This document shows positions 50,508 to 60,600 of a stretch of 64,000 bases of DNA, in pieces. Made by a program: the position numbers and the translations under genes. The notes beneath the pieces were generated by a model. That model did no database searches. It was not told where the DNA came from and worked only from the letters and a program-made list of their open reading frames with translations. The DNA is from Gemmatimonadota bacterium (GTDB lineage: Bacteria; Gemmatimonadota; Gemmatimonadetes; Palauibacterales; Palauibacteraceae). How positions within the stretch are numbered: position 1 is the stretch's first letter; each line of letters begins with the position of its first letter. Where the stretch lies: assembly GCA_965116475.1 (NCBI GenBank), contig OZ220691.1, forward strand, positions 2,816,001 through 2,880,000. Direction: 5' to 3'.

Positions 50508-52282
50508 TGGCGAACGGACCCCTCTCGGACGTCGCGAAGCTGCGGTTCGCCGCCGACGAACATCCGCCGCGCGCGATGAGCCTCGTGATCGGCGCGCAAA
50601 CGGCGATCCTCGTCTGCCTGCCCCTGGTGGTGGTCACGACGATCGTCGCGCGCGTCGCGGACCAGAGCGCCGACTACCTCCGCTGGGCGATCTTCGCGAG
50701 CATGGTGATCGGCGGCCTTCTCACGATCGTCCAGGCGAAGCGCGTCGTCGGCTTCGGTGGCGGAACGCTGACCGTCATGGGTGCATCGGGGGCTTCGATC
50801 GGGGTCGGCGCGCTCGCGCTCGTCGCGGGCGGCCCCGCGCTGCTCGGGGTGCTCGTGCTCGCCGCGGGGCTGTGCCAACTTGCCCTGGCGGCCCGCCTGG
50901 CCCTGCTCCGGCGCATCATCACGCCGGTCGTGTCGGGCACGCTGACGGCGCTCGTGGCGGTGACGATCATGCCGCTGGCGTTCGCCATGCTCACGCGCGT
51001 GCCGGAGAGCGCGCCGCCGGCCGCGGCCCCCACCGTGGCCGCGGTCACCATGCTTTGCGTCGTAGGCCTCATGCTCCGGGGGAAGCGGTGGGTGCGGGCG
51101 TGGAACGCCGTCATCGGGATCGCCGCGGGCTGCGTGACCGCCGCCATCTTCGGGATTATCGACTTCGGACGCGTGGCGGAAGCCCGCTGGATCGGGATCC
51201 CCACCGCCCCGGCGGCCGGCCTGGACCTCAGCTTCGACGCGAGTTTCTGGCTGCTCCTGCCCGGGTTCCTCTTCGTGTCGTTCGTGATCACGATCCGGCA
51301 GGTCAGCGACAACGTCCGCATGCAGCGCCTCTCCCGGCGCGAGCCGCGGGCGATCGACTTCCGCCGGGTCCAGGGATCCGTCGCCGCCTGCGGGGCGGGC
51401 ACGCTCCTGTCGGGCTTCGCGGGCGTTCTGCCGCCGTGGCCGTACGTTGCCGGGATCGCGATCGCGAGCGGCACCGGCGTCGCCGCCCGCAGCGTCGGCG
51501 TCGTCATCGGGGCCGGTTTCATCGCCCTCGCCTTCGTGCCGAAGCTCACGGCCGTCATCCTGTCGATCCCGGCGCCGGTGCTCGGCGCCTACATGATCGT
51601 GATCTTCGGCCTCATCTTCGTGCAGGGCATGCGGATCCTCTTCCAGGAAGGGGTCGACCGGCAGTATTCGCTGATCGCGGGCCTGGCGTTCTGGATCGGG
51701 GCGGGAATCCAGTTCCAGGCGATCTTCCCCGCCTACCTCTCCACCCCGATGGGCCGCATGCTCGCGAACGGCCTCACCGTGGGCGGGCTGTCCATCCTGC
51801 TGCTGAACCTGTTTCTGGATGTGACCGGACCGCGCCGCCACAGGCTCGAGATCGCGCTGCGCCCCGAGAACCTCCAGGAACTCGACACGTTCCTCCAGGA
51901 CTTCGCGGCCAGGTACAAGTGGAGCGGCAGGGCCACGGACCGCCTGCGGGCGGCCGCGGAAGAGGCGCTCCTGAGTCTCGTGCGCCAGGAAGAGGACGAG
52001 CACGCCCCCGCCCCCGGGGAGCGCCGGCTGCGCGTAGTGGCCCGGAACCTCCGTTTCGGCGCCGGACTGGAGTTCACCGCGGCGACGAACGAGGGGAACC
52101 TCGAGAACCAGATCGCCCTGCTCGGGGATCGCCCCGATCCGACGAGCGAGCGCGACCTGTCGCTGGCGCTGCTGCGGCATCACGCCTCGTCCGTCAAGCA
52201 CCACCAGTACCACAACGCCGACGTCCTGACCGTGCACGTGAACCGGGCCTGGTCCGCGAGCCGGGGGCGTGAGAGTGGTTGA
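50507..52282 (+). CDS. Atypical NCS2/SLC23-family permease with an extra C-terminal soluble domain
   Basis: LRRIITPVVSG; TGVAARSVG; FVPKL...SIPAPVLGAY; soluble tail of about 140 aa. Confidence 0.75.
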   Translation: MANGPLSDVAKLRFAADEHPPRAMSLVIGAQTAILVCLPLVVVTTIVARVADQSADYLRWAIFASMVIGGLLTIVQAKRVVGFGGGTLTVMGASGASIGVGALALVAGGPALLGVLVLAAGLCQLALAARLALLRRIITPVVSGTLTALVAVTIMPLAFAMLTRVPESAPPAAAPTVAAVTMLCVVGLMLRGKRWVRAWNAVIGIAAGCVTAAIFGIIDFGRVAEARWIGIPTAPAAGLDLSFDASFWLLLPGFLFVSFVITIRQVSDNVRMQRLSRREPRAIDFRRVQGSVAACGAGTLLSGFAGVLPPWPYVAGIAIASGTGVAARSVGVVIGAGFIALAFVPKLTAVILSIPAPVLGAYMIVIFGLIFVQGMRILFQEGVDRQYSLIAGLAFWIGAGIQFQAIFPAYLSTPMGRMLANGLTVGGLSILLLNLFLDVTGPRRHRLEIALRPENLQELDTFLQDFAARYKWSGRATDRLRAAAEEALLSLVRQEEDEHAPAPGERRLRVVARNLRFGAGLEFTAATNEGNLENQIALLGDRPDPTSERDLSLALLRHHASSVKHHQYHNADVLTVHVNRAWSASRGRESG

Positions 52283-52360
52283 CTAAGTTCACCCGCGAGC
52301 ATTCATTCTGTGGCAGGAGACCCACAACCCCCAGCAACCCATTCCACGAGGATGAAGCGG

Positions 52361-52636
52361 ATGAGCGAGCCACGCGAAGCCCCCGCCATGAGGAATCCGG
52401 TCGACTTCGCCATCGTCGGCGACAACATCATGGACATCGCCGATTTCGCGATCGAGAAGTACGAGTTCACGAGCGGCACGACGCTGTCCGACGAGGCGCG
52501 GGAAGAAGCGATCGAGCGGGTCCGGGATGCACTTTGGGAGATGGTGAAGGCATTCCGGAACCGGCGGAAGGAGTGGCGCAAGAAGCTGTTCGACGCCGCC
52601 GACGAGGCCGTGCGGACCTCCGTCAAAGGTTCCTGA
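52361..52636 (+). CDS. Small hypothetical helical protein
   Basis: GAGG RBS; host-like codon use; NPVDFAIVGDNIMDIADFAIEKYEF...; start uncertain (52352/52361/52388). Confidence 0.65.
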   Translation: MSEPREAPAMRNPVDFAIVGDNIMDIADFAIEKYEFTSGTTLSDEAREEAIERVRDALWEMVKAFRNRRKEWRKKLFDAADEAVRTSVKGS

Positions 52637-52676
52637 TTCGCATGGCGTGACCGGCCGGCGACGGGAGTAGTTCAAC

Positions 52677-54455
52677 ATGCCCAATGCCCTGCTGCTCTAC
52701 CCCAGGCACCCGCCGACATACTGGGGCCACGACTACGCTCTGGATCTCATGGACATCAGGGCGGCCTTTCCTCCTCTCGGCCTGCTCACCGTCGCCGCGA
52801 TGTTTCCGTCGCGGTACAACCTGCGCGTCGTCGACCTGAACGTGACGTCGCTGGGAGGGGCCGACCTGGAGTGGGCGGATCTGGCCCTCACGTCGAGCAT
52901 GATCCCGCAACGCCCCTCGCTGGAGCAGGTCGTGGAGCGCTGCAACCGCGCGCAGGTACCCGTCATCGCCGGCGGTCCGCACCCCACCACCTTTCATGAG
53001 GAGATGGAGGGGGTCGATCACTTTGTGCTCGATGAGGTCGAGGAGACCTTTCCCATCTTCCTTCGCGACCTGGAGAACGGTGCCGCAAAGGCCGTCTATC
53101 GCGCCCCGAGGCGACCCGATGTGACCCTCGCGCCGCTTCCCCGTTTCGACCTCATCGACCTGAACGACTACTACTCGATGTGTCTCCAGTTCTCGCGGGG
53201 TTGCCCCTTCGATTGCGAGTTCTGCGACATCACGAAGCTGTACGGCCGCGTGTCCCGAACGAAATCACCGGAACAGATGGTGGCCGAGTTTGATCTTCTG
53301 TATCGACTGGGATGGCGGGGCCCCCTCTTTCTCGTCGACGACAACTTCATCGGCAACAAGCGCGAGGTCTCAAGGCTCCTCCCCGCGATCGCCGAATGGC
53401 AGAAGGAGCGCGACCACCCCTTTGCCCTGTTCACGGAAGCGAGCGTCAATCTCGTCCGGATGGACGACTTGATGGATGTCATGATCGAGGCCGGTTTCGA
53501 TTCGGTCTTCCTGGGCATTGAGACGCCCAACCCGAAGGCGCTCAAGAAGATGAAGAAACCACAGAACATCGACACACGCGATGACGACTACCTGTTCAAG
53601 GCGGTGCGCAAGATTCAGGGGAAGGGGATGCAGGTTCTGGGCGGCTTCATCCTCGGACTCGACGATGACGATGACAACGCGTTCGATGCCCAGATCGATT
53701 TCATTCAGGAAGCCGGGATTCCGATGGCGCTGATCGGGCTTCTGACCGCGCTCAAGGGAACAAATCTCTGGACCCGGCTGGAGCGCGAGAATCGATTGTT
53801 GGACAAACCCGTCGAGATCGACGACACGTCCTTGAATTTCAAGCCGCAAATGGATCCCGAGGCGCTGGTGGAAGGGTATCTTCGGGTCATCGGGACCATC
53901 TACGATTCAACGCTGGAGAACTACTTCGACCGCTGCCTTACTCTGCTGGACCACCTCAAGCCCGTACCGCACCTCCACAAGCCGGTGAACAAGCACGTCC
54001 TCTATGCGAGCATCATGGGAATCCGGCGGCGCCTCACGCCTGAACAACTCCGGCCGTTTTCGCGCTACATCGCCAAAGCCTCTGCGGACCATCCTCGGCT
54101 CCTGCCGCTGGCCATCAGTCTGGCCGCCACGGGCCATCACTGCGAGAAGTTCACGCGCCAGCAGACCGTGCTCCGAGGCTTCAAGGACTACCTGAAGCTG
54201 GAGTCGGCAGCGTTCCATGAAGGCGGCTGGGATTCCGGTTCGGCTTCGGGTTCGGGGGACGATTTCAGACGGAAGGCCATGCAGCGCGCCGCGCGGCGCC
54301 GGGACGCCATCCCCGGCGAATTCCGGTTTGTGGGAGACGGTGTCCGCGAGGCGCTGGCCGCCTTCGAGCTTGCGATGACTTCGGAGCCGCGACCCGCCGG
54401 GCCGTCAGAAGCGACGCTGCCGGTCCTGGGGGCCACGACGCGCTCCCACGGATGA
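52677..54455 (+). CDS. swfC: B12-binding radical SAM protein (DUF4070/HpnP-like; SwfC-like putative methyltransferase)
   Basis: FPPLGLLTVAA, AGGPHPT, RGCPFDCEFC, VDDNFIGNK, FLGIETP, GGFILGLD; next to an swfAB-type pair. Confidence 0.8.
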   Translation: MPNALLLYPRHPPTYWGHDYALDLMDIRAAFPPLGLLTVAAMFPSRYNLRVVDLNVTSLGGADLEWADLALTSSMIPQRPSLEQVVERCNRAQVPVIAGGPHPTTFHEEMEGVDHFVLDEVEETFPIFLRDLENGAAKAVYRAPRRPDVTLAPLPRFDLIDLNDYYSMCLQFSRGCPFDCEFCDITKLYGRVSRTKSPEQMVAEFDLLYRLGWRGPLFLVDDNFIGNKREVSRLLPAIAEWQKERDHPFALFTEASVNLVRMDDLMDVMIEAGFDSVFLGIETPNPKALKKMKKPQNIDTRDDDYLFKAVRKIQGKGMQVLGGFILGLDDDDDNAFDAQIDFIQEAGIPMALIGLLTALKGTNLWTRLERENRLLDKPVEIDDTSLNFKPQMDPEALVEGYLRVIGTIYDSTLENYFDRCLTLLDHLKPVPHLHKPVNKHVLYASIMGIRRRLTPEQLRPFSRYIAKASADHPRLLPLAISLAATGHHCEKFTRQQTVLRGFKDYLKLESAAFHEGGWDSGSASGSGDDFRRKAMQRAARRRDAIPGEFRFVGDGVREALAAFELAMTSEPRPAGPSEATLPVLGATTRSHG

Positions 54456-54642
54456 CCTTTACCCGGCAGTGCGTGGCGAAGGCTCTGCTGCGTTCGGGCG
54501 CGCTCGACGGACGTTTGCTGGCTGGCGGACGGCTCGCTAACGTGGCCGCGACCACTCCGGAAGCGCTCGAAGCAATCTCAAGACAGCAACAGGCCGGCGT
54601 CCCGGCGTTCGCGCTCGGGGGCGCCCGCCGAGCGGGGGCCAT

Positions 54643-57600
54643 GTGACTTCCATCGCAGGTACATCCAGCGATCCCATTGCCATCGTCGGCTACGCTTACC
54701 GGATGCCCGGCGGCATCCGCACGGACGAGGATTTCTGGCGGCTCCTGAGCGAACGCGAGGTTGTCCAGGAATCCGTCACGGAGCGCTACGGCCGGGGCTA
54801 CCAGCCGATCGGCCGGTTCTCGGGCCCGGGCCGTTTCGGCAGTCCTTACGAAGGGCTGCTCCGGGACGAACTGGAGCAGCGGATGGATCCGGGCCTGTTC
54901 GGGGTCTCCCACCACGAAATGGCCTATATGGATCCGCAGATCCGAATGCTGCTGGGCTGCGCGTGGGAGAGCTGCGAACACGCCGGCTGGAGCCTGAACG
55001 CCCTCCGCAACAGTCGCACGGGCGTCTTCATCGGAGCCCAGGTCGCCTCCACCGCGAACTGGCGTGCCCTGTTCGGGACCAACGAGTTCTCCATCCTGAG
55101 CATCGACGCGTCGATGCTGGCGAACCGGATCTCCTACCATCTCAACCTCATGGGGCCGTCGATCGCGACCTCCACCGCCTGCTCGGCGTCGCTGACCGCG
55201 CTTCACACGGCGGTGAACGCGATGCGCCAGGGCGATTGCGAGCAGGCCCTGGTGGGCGCCGCCACCTACCTGGGGTCCGCCCGCTGCAGCGCCTCCTTCA
55301 ACGCGCTCGGCGTCATCAGCCCCGATGGCCGGTGTCATTCCTTCGACGCCGACGCCAACGGGTACATGCGGTCCGAAGGCGCGTTCGTGTTCGCCGTCAA
55401 GCCGCTCGAAGCGGCCGAGCGGGACGGAGACCACATCTTCGCGGCGATCGAAGCCACGGCGGTCAACACGGCCGGGACCGCCGATGACGCCGCCGGACTC
55501 GCCCAGGGGCGCTACATCACGGCGCCGACGCGCCACTCGCAGGTCGAACTCATGCGCGAGGCCTGCGGACGCGCGGGACTGCGGCCGGAGGACTTCGATT
55601 ACGTGGAGGCGCACGCGACCGGCACGGTCGTAGGCGACCGCATCGAAGGGAACGCCATTGCCGAGGCGTTCGGCGGCGTCGAGCGCGACGTGCCGCTCCG
55701 CGTGGCCAGTGTGAAGAGCAACGTGGGACACCTCGAGGCGGCGGCGTTCAGCTGTGCGCTGCTGAAGGTCATCCTCATGATGCGGCGCCGGACGTTCGCC
55801 CCCATCTCGAAGAACTACCTGGTTCCGAATCCGGAGATCGATTTCGACCGCGGCCCCATCGAGGTGCAGACTGCCTGCGAGCCGTTCCCCGACCGCCCCG
55901 TCGTGGTCGGGATCAACTCCTTCGGGTTCGGCGGCGCGAACGGACACTGCATTGTGCGGGAGTACCGGCCGGACCCATCCAGAACGTGGTCGGTGTCGCT
56001 GGCGTCCGACGCCGGCTACATGATCCCTCTTTCGGCGCGGACGCCGAAGGCTCTGGAGGAAAGCGCGCGAAGCCTGCGGGAGTTCCTCGGCGGACAGGAG
56101 ACCGACCTCTACACGCTGGCCGGAAACCTGGGCCGGCGCCGCGCACAATTTCCCGTGCGCACGGCGTTCGCCGTCCGCAGCCCCTCGACGCTGGTCGAGG
56201 CACTGGACGCCTTCGTGGAAGACCCCTCCCCGGTCTCCACGGTGGAAGCGGGCGAGCGCCAGGTGGCCATGGTGTTCTCGGGGCAGGGCACCCAGTGGGC
56301 GGGGTGCGGGCGCGATCTCTACGACGCGGACCCCGTCTTCCGGCGGGTCGTTGACGCCATCGAGGAGGAGTGGCGGAAGCACTCGGATGTGTCGCTGCGC
56401 GACGCCTGTTTCTCGGCGAGCCAGAAGGACTTGAACGAGGTTCAGCTCGCCCAGCCGGTCATCTTCATGATCCAGTGTGCTTTGGTGGAGGTGCTGGCGA
56501 CATGGGGTGTCCATCCGGAGTGCGTCGTCGGACACAGTTCGGGCGAGGTTGCCGCGGCGTACGCGAGCGGGGCCCTTTCCCTCGCCGAGGCGACGCGGCT
56601 CGTCTACCACCGGGCGACGCTGCAGCAGCGGGTGGCCGGCTCCGGCCGGATGCTGGCGATCGGCCTCGACCGGCCGGCCGTAGAGAACCTGCTAGACAAC
56701 CACCGGCCCGCCGAAGTGGAGATCGCCTGCGAGAACTCGCCCGCCAACACCGTCATCTGCGGGAAGGAAGCCGCGCTGCGGCCCGTGATGGCCGAACTCG
56801 ACCGGCGCGGCCTGCAGAACCGGCTGATCCCCGGGAACATCGCGTTCCATTCCACCGCCATGGATCCGCTGCGGGATGACGCACTGGCGGTGCTCGCCTT
56901 CCTGGACGGAGGCGACTTCAACGGCGATGTGCCCATGGTGTCCTCCGTCACGGGGGAGACGGTGGAGCGTCTGGATAACGCCTACTGGTGGTCCAACATC
57001 CGGAACCCTGTCCTCTTCGGAGCCGCAATGGAGACCGTGAGGCGGGAATTCCGGCCCGACGTGGTCCTGGAGGTCGCTCCGCACGGCGCGCTGCAGCCCC
57101 TGATCCGGCAGTGTCTGGAGGCGGCCGGGCCGGCTGCCGTCTGTCTCCCCACGCTGATGAAGGACGCGGACGGGTGCCTGGGCTTTCAGGAAGCTCTGGG
57201 GAACCTCTACCGGGCCGGCGTCGCGCTGGATTTCGCTTCCCAGTATCCGCGTCCGGAACCGATCGCTCATCTCCTTCCCGGCCATCCCAGGGAAGAGACC
57301 ACGACCAGTGACGACCTGGTCGACGACGAGATGTTCGTCCAGCGAGGCGAGTACTCCCACGGCCCGTTCGTCGGACACCGGGTGGCCTGCGATCACATCC
57401 TGTTCGAGGCGCGGCTCTCCGAGAGGGACTTCCCCTGGTTGACCGACCACCGCGTCCACCGGGCCCCGATCATTCCGGCCGCCGGATACATCGAACTCCT
57501 GCTGCAGGCGTTCTCCGGGGATCCCATCAACATCGAGGAGATCGAGTTCCTGCAGCATACGCCGGTGAACGCGACGCCGGTGCGCCTGCAGACCGCCCTG

Positions 57601-60600
57601 TTTCCCGTGCCCGACGCTCCCGGCCAGTTCACGTTCACCATCTCCACTCGATCCTTCGAGGATGATGAGGCGGGAACGCTGCACTGTCGCGGACGGGTGC
57701 GGCGCGTGGATGAGGACGTTGCCGTCGACGCGTTCCCGACGCTGGACGATGTCCTCGCTTCCGACTTCGATCCCTCGCCCCTCGCGACCGGAGAGGAGTT
57801 CTACGACCAGATTGAAGCGGTCGTAGGAGATGCGTTCGAGTTCGGCCCGGAGTTCCGCAGCGTCCAGCGCATCGAGATCGACGCGGGTTCGACGGACATG
57901 CTGTTCGAAATCGAGGTCGACGAGGAGCTGTGGGCGTCCGGCCGCGAGGAGGGATACCTCCTCTATCCCCCGCTCACGGACGGCGGACTGCAGATCTTCC
58001 TGCGCTACCTGATGCGCCTGCCGGACTTCTTCTCCATGCCGCAGCGTGCGTGCGACATCACGTTCGTGCGTCCCCCGACGGGGCCGCGCATCACCTGTTT
58101 TCTCGTCGATACGGGCGACTGGTTCGACGTGGACGAACGGGGCCAGTACAACAAGCCTCTCGGCGAACTGTACATCGGGCGGCTCAGCCTCTACGACACC
58201 GATACGGGGCAACTGCTCGCCCACATCGGAGAGTATCACTCCTTCAACAGCAATCCGCGCTGGAGCGACGTCCCGGACAGCAAGCACGTCATCCGCTGGC
58301 AACCGAAGTTCGTGCCCGCGTCGCCCCGGATCGAAGACGCGATCCGGGATGGGGATGTAGATCCCGCCGCCCTCATCGCCGCCCTCGAACAGGGTGCGGC
58401 AGGCCACCCGTACGCCTGCCACGTCGTCGAGATCGCCGGCCGCCGGGACGCGGAACGGACCATGCTCAACCGATGCCTGGAGCATCTCTCCGGACCCGAT
58501 GCGCAGAGCGAGTTCTGGCTGCTCGGGGACGACGAAGAGTCCACGCGCGCACTCTACGAAGCCTTCAATCACCGCGATGCCCCGATTCGCTTCGCCTCAC
58601 TGGAAGCCACGGCGGCAGCCACGGCGGAGGGCGCCTCCGAGACGGATATGGCGACGGGTCTGCTACGGCCCGCCGCAGCCGAAATCGTCATCGTACATCG
58701 TGACGCGGACGAGGACGGAGCGACCGCGGATCGCTGGGGTGCGGCGTGGTCGATGCTCGCGCGGCTGGCCGTACCCGGGGGGCTCGCACTCGTCTCGCAT
58801 GACGAGAACGACGTCGTCGAGCCGGGGGACGGCTGGAGCACGCTTCACGCCGGCCCCCGCACGACGCTCCTGCAGGCTGCGCAGGAGGGTCCCGCGCCGG
58901 CCGGCGCAACCACCGCGTCGGCCGCCGGCCCCCGCTGGGTGATCGGCGAACCCGGCAGCCCGGCCACGGAGTGGGTCGCGCAACTCGAGTCGGCCCAGGC
59001 GTATCTCGTCCCCTGGAGCGCCATCGAAGGCGGCGATTTCGCATCGCTGGAAGAGTGGCCGTGGGGCGAGGACCTCGAGGCGATCGATTTCTTCCTCGGG
59101 ACAGCCCCGGATGATCCGACCGGCGAACGGGCGGTGTGGCGCCTCGTCGCCTTCCTTCAGGCCCTCACGCCCCTCCGGCTGGAGAGCGCGACACGGCGTT
59201 GTCGCCTGAACGTCGTCACGCAGGGCGCCGTGTGCGGCGTGGAGGAGCCGCGGGGAAGCGCCCTGTGGGGCGCCGCACGGAGCCTGGCGCTCGAGCTTCT
59301 CGCCGAGGACACGAAGATCGACTTCCGTCTCGTGGACCTGGGCGCGCCCGGCGATCTCGAGGCAGTGGCCCGACTCGACGCGTGCGACCCTCGCGAGCGG
59401 GAGCTGGCTGTCAGGGACGGACGCCTGTGGGTGCCGCGCGTCGTGAGCGTTCGGGATCGCTGGCCGCTCGTGCCCGAGGGCGCGGATCCCCCCTATCGGC
59501 TTCGGCTCGACAACCCGGGCCAGGTGAGCGGTCTGCAGGTGGCGACAACGACGTTGCCCCGGCTCGGACCCTCCGACGTCGAGATCGAGATGGCCGCGGC
59601 GGCGCTGAACTTTCGAGATGTCATGGTGACGCTGGGGCTCCTTCCCGCGCTGGCCTACGAGCGCTCGGCGCTGGGCCGCGAGGTCGGCATCGAGGGAAGC
59701 GGCATCGTCCGCCGCGCCGGACCGGACGTGAAGCGTCTGAGCCCCGGGGACGAGGTGGCCGTTACGACGGGCGGCTGCATCGCCAACCGAATCGTCGTGA
59801 ACGAGCACCTGGCCTTCCTCAAGCCGCCCGAGCTGAGCATGGAGGAGGCCGCGGCGTCGCTCTCCGTGACCGTGACCGCGTACTATGCGCTCATCCACCT
59901 GGCGCGGCTGAAGGAGGGGCAGCGGGTCCTCATCCACTCCGCAATGGGCGGCGTCGGACAGGCGGCGATCGCGTTGGCGCACCATGTCGGGGCGGAGGTC
60001 TACGCGACCGCCGGCAACCGGAGCAAGCGCGAACGGTTGCTCGAGATGGGCGTGCGCGGGGCGTTCGATTCGCACAGCCACGACTGGTACGACGACCTGA
60101 TGGAGGCGACCGGGGGCGAGGGCGTGGATGTCGTGCTGAATTCGCTCGCGGGCTACCACATCGCCCTCTGCCTCAAGGCCCTGAGGCCTTCCGGGTGGCA
60201 CTGCGAGATCGGGAAGGTCGACATCTTCACGGACAACTCGCTCGGCATGCGGGTCTTCCGCAAGAACCTCCGCTTCGCCGCGATCGACGTCGACCGGCTG
60301 ATGCTCGACGATCCGGTGCTGTCGCACACGCTCTCGCAGGCCTGTCTGGACCTCATGAACGAGGGCGCGGTGCCTCCACCCAGGCTCACCGCCTACGAAT
60401 ACCGCGACTACGCGAGGGCGCTCCGACTGATGACGACGGGCCGGCACCAGGGGAAACTGGTCCTGAAGGCGCCGTCCGACCCTGCGGATCGCGGGTTCGC
60501 GATCGCGGACACGCGCCCCTTCCTCGACCCCGAGGCCACCTATCTGGTCACGGGTGGGCTGGGCGGCTTCGGACTGCGCCTGGTGCCCTACCTGATCGCG

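Noticed and set aside
52677..54455. RiPP system with the 52361-52636 ORF as precursor, or hopanoid methylase HpnP
   Set aside because: The small ORF looks like a folded helical protein without leader/core features; no hopanoid genes nearby; the PKS context explains the enzyme better
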